A stretch of 64,000 bases of DNA from Candidatus Hydrogenedentota bacterium (lineage in GTDB: Bacteria > Hydrogenedentota > Hydrogenedentia > Hydrogenedentales > SLHB01), in NCBI GenBank assembly GCA_963668025.2, contig CAXXTH010000017.1:320001-384000 (forward strand), written 5' to 3'. Shown one piece after another: positions 1 through 10,642 of this stretch. Positions within the stretch are counted from its first letter, which is position 1, and each line of letters begins with the position of its first letter. The notes below the pieces were generated by a model. That model was not told where the DNA came from and made no database searches. It was given only the letters and a program-made list of their open reading frames with translations. Both the position numbers and the translations under genes were made by a program.

Positions 1-2
1 CG

Positions 3-257
3 TTCCGCTTAGCGGAACGCACCCAGAAAGGCCTCGGCCGGATCGAACGGGCGCTGCTCCGGGCCGATCAGGACCGGCTGGACGCGGCGGAGCGGCGCGT
101 CACTCGTTTGTGCGCCGAACTCGCCCCGTGGCGGAAACCCCAAGAGCGTGTGTATACTATATGCTCTTTTCTGTTCGAGTATGGATGGGAACTGGTTCCG
201 AGGCTTACGGAAGAACTGGATATCCGTTCTTTCACGACGCAGGAGATTGTATTGTGA
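3..257 (+). CDS. bshC: Bacillithiol biosynthesis cysteine-adding enzyme BshC, C-terminal part (runs off window start)
   Basis: Frame 3 is open from the window start (no start codon, so absent from the ORF track): ...RVTRLCAELAPWRKPQERVYTICSFLFEYGWELVPRL...IVL*. This matches the BshC C-terminal P-x(3)-QER...F...YG pattern. Its stop overlaps the bshB1 GTG. Confidence 0.8.
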   Translation, partial: FRLAERTQKGLGRIERALLRADQDRLDAAERRVTRLCAELAPWRKPQERVYTICSFLFEYGWELVPRLTEELDIRSFTTQEIVL

Positions 258-967
258 CGGTGGACGTGCTGGCCGTCGGGGCGCATCCCGATGATGTGGA
301 AGTGGGCATCGGAGCCTTGGTGCATAAATTGGCCCGCAGCGGCAAACGCGTGGCCATTCTCGATCTGACGCGCGGCGAAATGGGCTCTCGCGGCACGCCA
401 GAAGAACGCCGGGTGGAGGCCCTCGAAGCAGCGCGCATCTTGGGCGCAACACCGCGTGAAAACGCCGGTTTGCCAGACGGCTCCGTGGCGAACATCCCCG
501 AGCAGCGGCAGGCGCTCATTCCGATTCTGCGCACCCTGCGCCCGTCCGTGCTGCTTGCACCCATGCAAAACGACCGCCACCCGGACCACCACGCCGCCCA
601 TTTCCTCGTGCGCGACGCCAACTACCTCGCGGGCCTCACGCGCATCGACACTGGCCAGGAACCCTATCGCATTCCACGCATGTACTTTTATCCAGTTTAT
701 ATCGAGAACCGCATTCCCGATCTCATCGTGGACGTATCCGAGGATTTCGAAGCGAAGCTCGAGGCCCTCGCGGCGTTCCAATCGCAGTTCTATAACCCAG
801 CATACGACGGCCCGCCGACCTACATATCGAGCGAGGCCTTTTGGCAATCGTTCCGCACTCGGGCGGCCTACCTGGGCGGGCGCATCGGCGCGGCCTATGG
901 CGAACCGCTGTACATAGATGGCCCACTGGGCGTCGCATTTCCGCCAGGATTGGAGGTTTGCACATGA
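254..967 (+). CDS. bshB1: Bacillithiol biosynthesis deacetylase BshB1 (PIG-L/LmbE family)
   Basis: DVLAVGAHPDDVE, LTRGEMGSRGT, RHPDH and SQF motifs. AGGAG RBS at 241-245 precedes the GTG at 254. Confidence 0.9.
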   Translation: MTVDVLAVGAHPDDVEVGIGALVHKLARSGKRVAILDLTRGEMGSRGTPEERRVEALEAARILGATPRENAGLPDGSVANIPEQRQALIPILRTLRPSVLLAPMQNDRHPDHHAAHFLVRDANYLAGLTRIDTGQEPYRIPRMYFYPVYIENRIPDLIVDVSEDFEAKLEALAAFQSQFYNPAYDGPPTYISSEAFWQSFRTRAAYLGGRIGAAYGEPLYIDGPLGVAFPPGLEVCT

Positions 968-2097
968 ATATCGGCATCACCTGCCACGCCAGCGCCGGAG
1001 GCAGCGGCATCCTCGCTACGGAACTAGGCATCGCCCTGGCCCAGCGCGGACACAAGATCTTTTTCGTCACCTACGAACCCCTATTCCGCCTCCAAGAATT
1101 CCAAGAGAACATCGTCTGCCGCTACGTCGAACATGTCTCCTATCCGCTTTTCTCCCATCCGCCCCACACGCTGGCGCTGATGAATATGATCGCCGAAGTG
1201 GCGGAGGAAAACACCATTGACGTCTGGCACGCCCACTATGCCGTGCCACATGCGGCGGCGGCCCTCTTCGCACGCCAGATGCTCCCCCCGGAGAAGCATT
1301 TCCGCATCATCACCACGCTTCACGGCACCGACATCACCCTCGTGGGCAGCGACCCTTCGTTCTTCCGCACCACGAAATACGCCATGGAAAACAGCGACGC
1401 CGTCACGGCGGTGTCGGACTGGCTTAACAAAGAGACCCAAAACGCCTTCCAGCTCTCGCGGCCCGTCCGCACGATTTACAACTTTCTCAACGAAGACCGC
1501 TTCAATGGCGAAAGCGATTGCCGCTGCAAGCTGGCGAAGGCGGACGAGAAAATTGTCATGCACATATCGAACTTCCGCCCCGTGAAGCGCGTGACGGACA
1601 TCGTGCGCGTGTTCAAACGCATCACGGAAAAAATGAACGCCCGGCTCATCATGGTCGGCGACGGACCCGAGCGCATTTCCGCCGTGGGCGTCGCGCGCCA
1701 GCTCGGCATCACGGACCGCATCACTTTCCTTGGCACCTACGAGCACATCGAGAAGATTCTTCCCTGCGCGGACCTCGTGTTCCAGCCCAGCGAACACGAG
1801 AGCTTCGGGCTGGTGCCCCTCGAGGCTATGGCATGCCAGGTGCCCGTACTCGCCACGGCCAGCGGCGGTATCTGCGAGGTCGTCGAGGATGGCGTCACGG
1901 GGTATCTGTGCGAGGTGGGCGACATCGACGGCATGGCGCGCTGCGCCATCGAGATTCTGTCGGACACGGAACGCGCCCATGAAATGGGCCGCGCGGGCCG
2001 CGAGCGCGCCTTGCGCCTCTTCTCGAGAAGCGCCATTGTCCACCAATACGAACAACTATATGAGGAAGTCCTCGAGGGCGCGCCCGCCGTGGCGTAA
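964..2097 (+). CDS. bshA: N-acetyl-alpha-D-glucosaminyl L-malate synthase BshA (GT4)
   Basis: MNIGITCH-GGSGILATELG, HAHYAVPHA, TTLHGTDITLVG, HISNFRPVKR and ESFGLVPLEAMAC motifs. ATGA overlap with bshB1. Confidence 0.93.
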   Translation: MNIGITCHASAGGSGILATELGIALAQRGHKIFFVTYEPLFRLQEFQENIVCRYVEHVSYPLFSHPPHTLALMNMIAEVAEENTIDVWHAHYAVPHAAAALFARQMLPPEKHFRIITTLHGTDITLVGSDPSFFRTTKYAMENSDAVTAVSDWLNKETQNAFQLSRPVRTIYNFLNEDRFNGESDCRCKLAKADEKIVMHISNFRPVKRVTDIVRVFKRITEKMNARLIMVGDGPERISAVGVARQLGITDRITFLGTYEHIEKILPCADLVFQPSEHESFGLVPLEAMACQVPVLATASGGICEVVEDGVTGYLCEVGDIDGMARCAIEILSDTERAHEMGRAGRERALRLFSRSAIVHQYEQLYEEVLEGAPAVA

Positions 2098-2124
2098 GCG
2101 CGAAGGAGCAATCATGCGCGCCTG

Positions 2125-2607
2125 TTATTTCGTGCGCGCTTTCCATCCATAGGTTACATACTCGATTTTCGATGAACCATCTTCGTACAAATCCACGAGC
2201 GCATAGCCCGGCTCGAATTCAAGATAGGGCTTCTCCCATCCGTATCCTGCGACCGAACCATTGCAGGCGTATTTCACGCCCAAATATTCACACGCATCCA
2301 CCATATGCATGTGCCCGGATAGGCACAGCCGGACGTTCGGATGTTTGTAAAATAAATCCTTGATGCGCCGCGCGTCCAGGTGCATCCAATTGCCGGGCAC
2401 CACCCAGTTGCCGGTCTTCTCATTTTCGCCATCAAAAAACACACTGACAGAGCAGATGGGGATATGGCTGGCCACACAAATGTGCGTGTCTTGGGTGGTG
2501 TCCTGGAGGACGCCTTGAAACCACTCGAATTGCTCTTCATCGAATTTGGCGATGAATTCTTGGCCTTGCGGCAGCGTGCTATCCAGGAAAATAAAGCGCC
2601 ACCTGGC
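2125..2607 (-). pseudogene. Calcineurin-like metallophosphoesterase, 5'-truncated by an IS
   Basis: Keeps WRFIFLDS, SHIP and LSGHMH (C-terminal metal motifs). The N-terminal D-x-H/GD/GNHD motifs are missing, and homology stops at the IS end near 2608. Confidence 0.75.
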
Positions 2608-4268
2608 TTCAGCCCTACCAAGTATAGGCATATTTTTTCGTCTCGGTGCCCTGAGCTGGAGGTTATTTTTAGTACCACTCCCATTATATCCGGGATTTAT
2701 CAGTAATAATACTTTAATATTTATATAACTCTTCTATATAGTACCGCCAGCCAAAAGGAGGTGCTAGAATGGAGCAGAAAAAACATACGGTGATCCAGCA
2801 GGTGGAAAGATTGGTTGACATGGGCCATGTAAAACGCAATGCCTGTGTGGTCCGGCACGTGACGCGGCTCGTTTTCTCGCCGGGCGCGGGGCCAAGCCAG
2901 ACGGCGGGCAGCAAGCAAGCGGCGTGGGCGGAATCGAAATCATGGTATGACCTCATCAACAACCCGGACGTCAGCGTGAGCCAATTGCGCGAATTGCGGG
3001 CGCGAGTGGTGCTGGAGCAAGCAAGCGGGTCTTCCCTATTGGTGCTGCACGACATTACCGAGTGCGATTTCTCCAAACATGCCGCCATGAGCGAGAAGAT
3101 GGAGATTGGGGACCATCATGGAACCGGATACGAATATCATCCCTGTGTCGCATGGGACTTCGATGAGCGACGCTTTGTGGGGGTTCTGCACGACACGGTC
3201 ATTTCCGCCCTGGGGCCGGATGATGTGGGGGTGGCCGATTATGACAGCGACCCCGCGCTCAAGCACGTCACGGCCGAGGAGCGCCAGCGCCTGCTGTTGA
3301 ATCATCGGCATCAACTGGCCACGCACATTCGCTATCTGGCCACCCAGGCGGCGAACCGCCATCTAACACACGTGGCGGATCGGGAATTCGACGATGTCTT
3401 GGCGATGGCGGCCGCCCGCGAGGTGGGCGCCGGCTTCGTGTTTCGCTGCCTCGGCAACCGCAACGTGCGCCTGGAGACCGGCGAAGACGTGGACATGGCA
3501 AGCCTCATCGCGTCGCTGCCGATGCGGCCGTACAAAAGCCTTGGGCTTGATGCCCGGGGACACGTGGCGTACGGGAAAAATCGCCCCAAACGGGTGGCCT
3601 CCTTGTCCATTGGGGCCTGCCGCGTATTCTTTTTCCGCCCTTGCACCCGGGGCGAACGCCGCAATATTACTCTTGAGGAGCCCTTGGGCGTCCATCTGGT
3701 GGTGATCCGCGAACTCGAAGCGCCCAATGGCGAGAAGCCTCTATGCTGGCTGCTGTTCACCTCCCTTCCCATTGACACGCAGGAACGGCAAACGCGGGCG
3801 GCCGCCTACTACGAGCAGCGCTGGCGCATTGAAGAGTACTTCAAATTGCTTAAGAGCGGCGGGTTTGACGTGGAGAAGAGCCATTTCACCCACCCGGACC
3901 AATTCGCCAAAGTCCTGGTCTTTTATTCGCTGGCCGCCATGGCGCTGCTCACCATGAAACAAGACTTGGGGCTCCAGGCCATCGGTTCCCTTCCGCCCGA
4001 GCAGTACGAGAAGGTCCGCCATGCCATGCCATGCGATGCCCCGATGACCCTGAAGTGGAGCCCTTGCTCCTGCTGTTTGCCCTCGTGGTACGCTGTGGAG
4101 GATGGATGGGACGCCGCACCGATCCCATCGGTCCAACCATCCTCATGCGTGGCCTCCTACAACTGATGACCACCTTCGCGCTCGTAAACCAATTCCCAGA
4201 CCTCATAAAAGAATGGGCAAAAACCTATGGAGCGGATGTAAAAAATGCCTATACTTGGAAGGCGTAAG
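2608..4268 (+). mobile_element. IS4-family (IS50/Tn5-like) insertion sequence
   Basis: Imperfect terminal inverted repeats share CCAAGTATAGGCAT (2618-2631; reverse complement at 4245-4258). No target duplication is visible. Confidence 0.75.
2769..4267 (+). pseudogene. Tn5-like DDE transposase, frameshifted near 4025
   Basis: LHDITE, HVADREFD, PLCWLLFTSLPI and YEQRWRIEEYFKLLKSGG motifs. The dimerisation tail (GGWMGRRTDPIGPTILMRGL) lies in ORF 4031..4267. CCATG occurs 3x at the break, and removing one unit restores the frame. Confidence 0.85.
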
Positions 4269-4634
4269 AGAGGCTGGACTTGTTGAGGCTTTGGGATACG
4301 CCCAGATGCACCAATTTCCCCAGGGTGCAGGCAAGGCCATTGCAGATTTCCCGAAGAGAATCGGCCCCCACAAGCTGGCAGAATAGCTTAGAGACGAATT
4401 GGATCCAACAGGTAAACCCCTTGGCGTGACGTTCAGCCCGGTGCTTAGAAACGAGCGCTTCAAAATCGTTGCGCTGGATTTGATGGAGCAGTTGACTAAA
4501 CAGACTGGCCGTGCGTACCATGAAATCGCCCTCCTTTTGGGGTGTGAACCAAGTTTTAGACTACCTTGATTCTCCCACCCCAAGGGAGGGCCTCGTCAAT
4601 CTAACTTTATGCATGCCTATTTAGGACAAGAGTG
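4269..4634 (-). mobile_element. Truncated IS4-family element: left end plus DUF4372-type transposase N-terminus (CDS from 4521)
   Basis: MVRTASLFSQLL...AKGFTCWIQFV..LFCQL...SLREI.NGL...LVHLG...KSSLSYA is a DUF4372-type N-terminus. A probable terminal repeat GGACAAGAGTG ends at 4634. The element is cut by the Tn5-like element. Confidence 0.75.
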
Positions 4635-4658
4635 ACAACTATAGTATGTCTGTTCTGC

Positions 4659-6860
4659 TTAATCCTTTTGCGGTCGGCATTGGTTGAGCAAGAAGATGCC
4701 AGTTCCTGCGAGCAACAGCACTGCTAACGGCATCCATTTTATCGGCAGTGGCATGCTCGCCGGGTCGTAGGGGTCAGAGCCGTATGCCCATTCGACTGCA
4801 TCCGGGATGTTATCGTCGTCGCTGTCGAGGTCAAGGTAGTTGGGAGTGCCATCATCATCGGCATCTCCGGTTCCTTCGATGCTGTCCGGGATGCCGTCGC
4901 CGTCCGAGTCTAAGCCCACGTATACACTGGCGGAACCGCTTGCACTCCAGTTACCCGCATCATCGCGTTCCTGGACAAAGAGCGGGTGTTCTCCATCGAC
5001 TAGATCGGTGGCTGGAGTGAAGCTGGTCTCCGTTGTCTCTGTCCAGCTTTCTTCGGCGTCGAGCGCGTACCGGAAGGTCCCATTACCTCCACTGCCACCG
5101 GATACCCAGGTCCACGTAGGAGTGTTGTCGTCCATAGGCGATGGTGGACCCGAAACCACTGGAGCATTCGGCGGCGTTATGTCGAGGGTGCCAACGAACA
5201 TCTGCATATCAAATGACACTATGTTGCAGCTTCCATCTGCCACGATAAGCCGGATCGTGTGCATTCCTTCATCACGGCCCGTGGTGTTCCATTGCCCCAG
5301 CAAGGCGTCCTGCACCGGGGTGTAGACCATCCCCGTGATATCCGTCCAGCCCGTCGTGGGCGACACCCCCGGCGCATACTGCAGTTTGTACCGCGAGAAG
5401 TTCGACGTGTCGTTCGCCGTGCCGATGATGTCCACGATCTCGCCTTCGATCACGGCTTCGTCTTGGGCGGGACTCGTGATATATGCCGAAGGAAACGCGC
5501 TGTTGATCGTCACGCTGACCGAGGCGCTGCCCGTGTTTCCCAAGGCGTCCGTGGCGCGTACGGTGAGCGTGTATGCGCCGTCCGACGGCGGCGTCCAGCC
5601 ATAGGCCCAGGTCTCTGTGCCGGTGGCTTCCACCCATGAGCTTCCGCCGTTGGCGCTGAACTCCACCTTCGCAACGCCTGCCACGCCGGAGTCCGTCACG
5701 GTTTCCGACACCTGGATAAAACCAGACGGCAACGCGGAACCGGGCTTGGGGAAGGCGATCATCACCTGCGGCCCGACATTATCCACGGGAAGGGCGTTCG
5801 ACCGCATCGCGCCCGAGGTATTGCCCACTGCATCCTTCACCTGCACGTCAAGCATCACCTGAGCGGCGTCCAGCGGACTGGGCAGTGTGAACGTCCCACG
5901 GATGCTGCCATTCAGGTAAATGACGATCTGATCGGTCACATCCGCAAGCACAGCCTTGCTCGCACCGTCCACCAGCAGCGCGCTCGCGCAGGTCACACCT
6001 GGTTCGGCGGACGCCGTGATGTGGACCTCGTTCCCTGATTTCACCGCCGTGGCCAGCGTGCCGCCTTCGATATACAATGCATCCGGCGCATTCGGCGGGG
6101 TTGTGTCGTGATCCACTTCGACCACCATCCAGGTCTCGACGGTGTCGAAGCCCGCCCCGTCCGTCACCGCCAGTTTCACCACATAAGGGCCATCATCACG
6201 CACCGACATGGCCCAGCCCGAATACAGCGTGCCGCTGTTTACTAATGATTCACGCGCACTCCGCGTAGAGTGATCGGTGCCGTAATACATCCCGCCGCCT
6301 TCCCAGCCAGCCGAGTTACCTGTGAATGTGCAATTCGTAGCTGTGCCGGAATGCATCCAACCGCCTCTGTAGTTCGTCATATTTCCCATGAACGCGCAGT
6401 TCACGGCCGTGCCGTCAATCATCCCGCCGCCATTAAGACCATTTGAGGAGTCCGCTTTGCCTTGGGATAGAGTGAAACCATCAAGTGTGGCGTCACTTGC
6501 ATTTTCACTGTTGACGCATCTTCGAGCGCCTTGGCCATCAATCTTAGTGATGTGGGTCGTCCAGTCGCGCTCGGAGCGTTCCGTTTTCGTGGCCGCGACC
6601 CCCCCGTAGACGTTCACGCCCGATTTCATCGTGACCACGTTGCCGCTGGAACCTGTATACGTTCCCTCGGCGACTCACACTTCCCCGCCACCTGCAGAAA
6701 AAGCAGCATCAATAGCTGGCTGGATGGCAGTAAACGCCGTAGCCCAAGTGATGCCGTCCTATGTACCTAGTGCGTTGCCTACGTCCACATACCACACGGC
6801 TCCAAAAGCGGCTGATGTGCAACCCATCACGATTCCGAAGAACACAATCCATCCGCGCAT
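4659..6860 (-). pseudogene. Secreted surface protein (GGGM beta-helix repeats, Ig-like domains, TSP3-like DxDxDG repeats, C-terminal TM tail) with two in-frame stops
   Basis: ATG at 6860 with a GGAG RBS gives MRGWIVFFGIVMGCTSAAFGAVWYVDVGNALGT*DGITWATAF...GGGEV*VAEGTY, in frame with ORF 4659..6638. The stops are at 6759-6761 (TAG) and 6675-6677 (TGA). Confidence 0.8.
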
Positions 6861-7534
6861 GTGTCGAGCTCCTGTGTTATGAGTTAAGAAAAGCAGCCTT
6901 CGATTTCCCCACCGTACTCACTTCACCGACCAACAATAAAATATATTGACACTACCTGGTATTCAGGCCATGTGGTGATTTGAACATGTTAAATCGTGGT
7001 GGCCCAACTCGGATGGAGCGTTGATGCAAATGGTATGGATATTAATCTCTGCAAACCTTGCCAAAATCGTTCCTACCTCGCATTATCCCCGGAAAGCGTT
7101 AGCGCATTTTATTACTACATAAATCCCGCCACAACAATCATATGCCCAGATAAGGAATAATGCAATTGATTTATTTGATTTTGCCGCGAATGTTGAAGAA
7201 CCAGTTCCACACCATATTACCGTCGGTTGCGTTGTGAACTGAACACTGTTCAACTGGATATCCGATGCAGAAGAGATGGTGATCTTATCTATTCCCTGCA
7301 TCCAGTCCCATTATCACACACCATCGTTGCAGAATCTGCGACATAACAAGGTATGTTGAAAGCACCAGATTTTTCTCAGGAACTCATCGAATGAATGACC
7401 TATTCATTCCTCACAAAACATATTTAGAACGATGCGGGAATGTCCCGCAAATCTGTGCCCAACGAACCAGTGCGGTACACCTGCGCCAAATAGCAGGCCT
7501 CATCATTATACTTTACTGCTTTCGCGTAAATCTC

Positions 7535-7563
7535 TTGACATAAACCAAGCGACCGCCTATGTT
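7535..7563 (+). promoter_or_regulatory. Sigma70-type promoter of the cas operon
   Basis: TTGACA (7535-7540)-N17-TATGTT (7558-7563), about 75 nt upstream of cas6. Confidence 0.6.
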
Positions 7564-7636
7564 AGTAGTCAGAATAGATGGGCATATCCTTTATAACGCA
7601 TCACATAAGCTGGTGCGATGTCTTTGAGGAGGGGAA

Positions 7637-8296
7637 ATGGCAATAGTCGATCTTGCATTTCGCATTGAAGGGGAAACGATTGCTGTCGATCATGGTTATG
7701 CGCTTTACAGTGCTCTCAGCCGGATATGGCCTGTGCTGCACGCAGAAACGGAAGAGTGGATGAAATCGACCGGCATCCACCCTATAGCAGGTCGCCTGGC
7801 TGGCGATAGGCATAAATCTCTGGACCGTTCCGTGAGCCGACTTGTCATCCGAATGCCAGCAGAACATATTTCGGATGCGCTATCGCTGACGGGAGCTACA
7901 TTACAGGTCGACGGCTATGAGGTTCGCATTGGTGTGCCGGAGGTGCGCGCTCTCGTTTCGGCCCCGCGTCTTTACTGTAGATTGGCCATCATCAAAGGCT
8001 TCACTGAGCCCACGGCCTTTCTTGATGCGGCTCGCCGACAGCTTGACATTCTTCAAATTAAAGCAGATCTAGGCATCCCAACGCGTGCGAGCCAATGTGC
8101 CCGAGAAGGCAATTCAGAACGGGCAAGCGCTCAAGGAACGCCTTTACGGCGAACCATGCGCATAAAGGACAAGGAGATTGTGGGATTTGCTTTGCTCGTT
8201 GAAGGGCTTAATGCAGATGATTCCCTGCGCCTTCAGGAGATTGGCATTGGTGGCCGAAGAAAATTCGGTTGTGGCATCTTTGTGCCAGCGCGGTAA
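7637..8296 (+). CDS. cas6: Type I-MYXAN CRISPR-associated Cas6/Cmx6
   Basis: VDLAFRIEGETIAVDHGYALYSALSR N-terminus and the Gly-rich GIGGRRKFGCGIF C-terminal loop. Confidence 0.93.
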   Translation: MAIVDLAFRIEGETIAVDHGYALYSALSRIWPVLHAETEEWMKSTGIHPIAGRLAGDRHKSLDRSVSRLVIRMPAEHISDALSLTGATLQVDGYEVRIGVPEVRALVSAPRLYCRLAIIKGFTEPTAFLDAARRQLDILQIKADLGIPTRASQCAREGNSERASAQGTPLRRTMRIKDKEIVGFALLVEGLNADDSLRLQEIGIGGRRKFGCGIFVPAR

Positions 8297-8302
8297 AACA
8301 TT

Positions 8303-10642
8303 ATGAATATACAGTCTCCGTTTCTGGCGAAACGCCCCAGAGACTTTTTGCATATACGCGATGCAGAAACTTTATCGGGCCATATCCGTGCCGTGTTAGA
8401 GGCTTTCAAAGCACTTTTTGGCGATTCAAATAATCAAACGCCATTTGGATGCGCTTGGCTTAGATTCATGAGAATTCCTGCAAAGGAACATCCCAGATTT
8501 TACGCTGCCGCAACACTTGCCAGCGTACTGCATGATATAGGTAAAGCCAATGACGGATTTCAAAAACTTGTCAAGGGCGAGAATGGAGGATCTCAACAGA
8601 TTCGGCATGAGCATTTGAGCGCTCTCATTCTACGTCACGAGGCAGTTGCCCGTATTTTACCGGTTGAATACCATGAAAATGAGCGCCTTATACTTGCTTC
8701 AGTAATGGGGCATCATTTGCGTGTGTCGGACAATGACAACGATACCCGGCTTGCTCGACCTCTAGTGCCTTTGCATCCATTGCCTATTCATATTCCCGTG
8801 AATCCATTGCGAGAAATCATTTTGATCGCATATGAGGCCATTATGTCTTCTCCGCCCGAATTGTCACTTGAGTGTTTCCCGGAAATATGGAGTTTTGAAA
8901 GCAATATTGGTTTTAACCTTAGACCGGTCGCGGATAATCTGTGCAAATGCATGAGGGGATGGAAGCGGGAGCTAAAGAGAAATGATGAAGAGCGGCAGTT
9001 ATTAGCAGCGGTGCGGGCATCAGTCATTCTAGCTGATGCTGCTGGTTCAGGGCTACCACGTGAAGGAAAGCCCGTGACAGAATGGATCTATTCAGTGATG
9101 CACGACATTCCTTTACTTTATGGAGGCACCATAAAAGATAAGATTATCGAGCCTCGTATAAGTGAGATACAACGGAAAGGCACCGTTTATCGGCCGACAG
9201 ATTTTCAGGAAGCCTGCGATTCTCTCCCAGGACGTTCGCTACTACTTGCCCCATGTGGCAGCGGGAAAACACTCGCTGCTTGGCGCTGGATTGCCGCACA
9301 ACTCACTGTTTCGCCCCGGCGACGAGTGATTTTTTTGTATCCTACTCGGGCTACCGCGACAGAAGGATTCCGCGACTATATATCATGGGCACCGGAAGCA
9401 GATGCAGCATTGATGCATGGCACATCAGACTATGAATTGAAATCACTTTTCGAGAATCCTCTGGATAAACGAAGTCAAAAGGATTTCTCTACAGAAGACC
9501 GGCTCTTCGCCTTAGGATACTGGGGAAAGAGAATTTTCAGCGCGACAGTGGACCAATTCCTGGGATTCATGCAACACGATTACCGCTCTATATGCTTAAT
9601 GCCTCTGCTGGCGGACAGCGTCATCGTATTTGATGAAGTGCATAGCTACGACAAAACGTTATTTTCCGCGCTCAAAAGATTTCTGGAAAAGTTTGATATC
9701 CCCGCACTTTGCATGACGGCGTCCCTCACGGAACGCCGCAGACATGATCTTGAAAACATAGGACTGCGCACTTTCCCGCAGGCCGCAGAACGATTCAGCG
9801 ATTTGGAAGCCATCGCGAGCATGAAGCGTTATCATGTTTGCCGTATTGGTAAACCCGAAGAGGCGGAACAACAGGCTCAACAAACCCTTTCCGACGGAGG
9901 AAAGGTGCTCTGGGTGGTCAATTCCGTGGAACGCTGCCAGGGGCTTGCTCAAAAACTGAACGGTTTGTGTTACCACAGCCGGTTCAAACTAGACGACCGA
10001 AAGCAGCGCCATCATGAACTTATGTCACGCTTTCAAGAACCAGGAAGTTCTGTATTGGCCGTCACTACGCAAGTGTGTGAAATGAGTCTTGATATTGACG
10101 CTTCCCTTTTGATCACCGAGGATGCGCCTATTCCATGCCTTATTCAACGCATGGGCCGGTGTAACCGCCACACAAGACCCGGTGATACATCCCGGCATCT
10201 CGGCGAAGTCCTTATTTACCAGCCAGAATCCTTCCTGCCCTATCATAACGAGGAACTAAGCGGACTGAGCCAATTTCTTGATGTTGTCCATGGGCGCGAG
10301 GTCTCTCAAAAAGAATTACAGGAATTACTAGAACAGTTTGGAGCAGATACGCCTGAATGGCAACAATATGCCGCGTTTCTCGAATCAGGGCCATGGGCTA
10401 TTGCCCACGAAAATCCTCTACGGGACAGCAATGATTTCACAGAACCGGCTGTTCTCGATACAGATATTCTTAAGTTTCTTGAACTGCGCCAAAACCATCA
10501 ACCCACAGATGGCTTCATCGTTCCCGTGCCTCGCCGATTCACGCAATATGATTCCTGGCTCGGCCGTTATCCACGCATGGCCCCCGCCAGCCATTATGAC
10601 GAGAAATATGGCTTTGGGGAACAGACAAAGGAGGATGCTTGA
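8303..10642 (+). CDS. cas3: CRISPR-associated HD nuclease/helicase Cas3
   Basis: LHDIGKAN, RHE, GHH and LAD HD motifs; APCGSGKT, DEVH, MTAS and QRMGRCNR helicase motifs. Confidence 0.95.
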   Translation: MNIQSPFLAKRPRDFLHIRDAETLSGHIRAVLEAFKALFGDSNNQTPFGCAWLRFMRIPAKEHPRFYAAATLASVLHDIGKANDGFQKLVKGENGGSQQIRHEHLSALILRHEAVARILPVEYHENERLILASVMGHHLRVSDNDNDTRLARPLVPLHPLPIHIPVNPLREIILIAYEAIMSSPPELSLECFPEIWSFESNIGFNLRPVADNLCKCMRGWKRELKRNDEERQLLAAVRASVILADAAGSGLPREGKPVTEWIYSVMHDIPLLYGGTIKDKIIEPRISEIQRKGTVYRPTDFQEACDSLPGRSLLLAPCGSGKTLAAWRWIAAQLTVSPRRRVIFLYPTRATATEGFRDYISWAPEADAALMHGTSDYELKSLFENPLDKRSQKDFSTEDRLFALGYWGKRIFSATVDQFLGFMQHDYRSICLMPLLADSVIVFDEVHSYDKTLFSALKRFLEKFDIPALCMTASLTERRRHDLENIGLRTFPQAAERFSDLEAIASMKRYHVCRIGKPEEAEQQAQQTLSDGGKVLWVVNSVERCQGLAQKLNGLCYHSRFKLDDRKQRHHELMSRFQEPGSSVLAVTTQVCEMSLDIDASLLITEDAPIPCLIQRMGRCNRHTRPGDTSRHLGEVLIYQPESFLPYHNEELSGLSQFLDVVHGREVSQKELQELLEQFGADTPEWQQYAAFLESGPWAIAHENPLRDSNDFTEPAVLDTDILKFLELRQNHQPTDGFIVPVPRRFTQYDSWLGRYPRMAPASHYDEKYGFGEQTKEDA

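Noticed and set aside
2668-2750. AT-rich patch with two TAGTACC words inside the IS left end (TAGTAC also near 17191 and 17828)
   Set aside because: Too short and not inverted; cannot support a MITE call.
6675-6761. Stop-codon reassignment suggested by in-frame TAG and TGA (also TAG at 16501)
   Set aside because: TAG and TGA end ordinary genes in this window (cysS, cas2, cas3), and conserved genes have no internal stops.
6950-7530. Possible regulator, anti-CRISPR or CreTA-like mini-array upstream of cas6
   Set aside because: No recognisable repeat copy or WYL/HTH ORF; only short unassignable ORFs such as 7083..7301.
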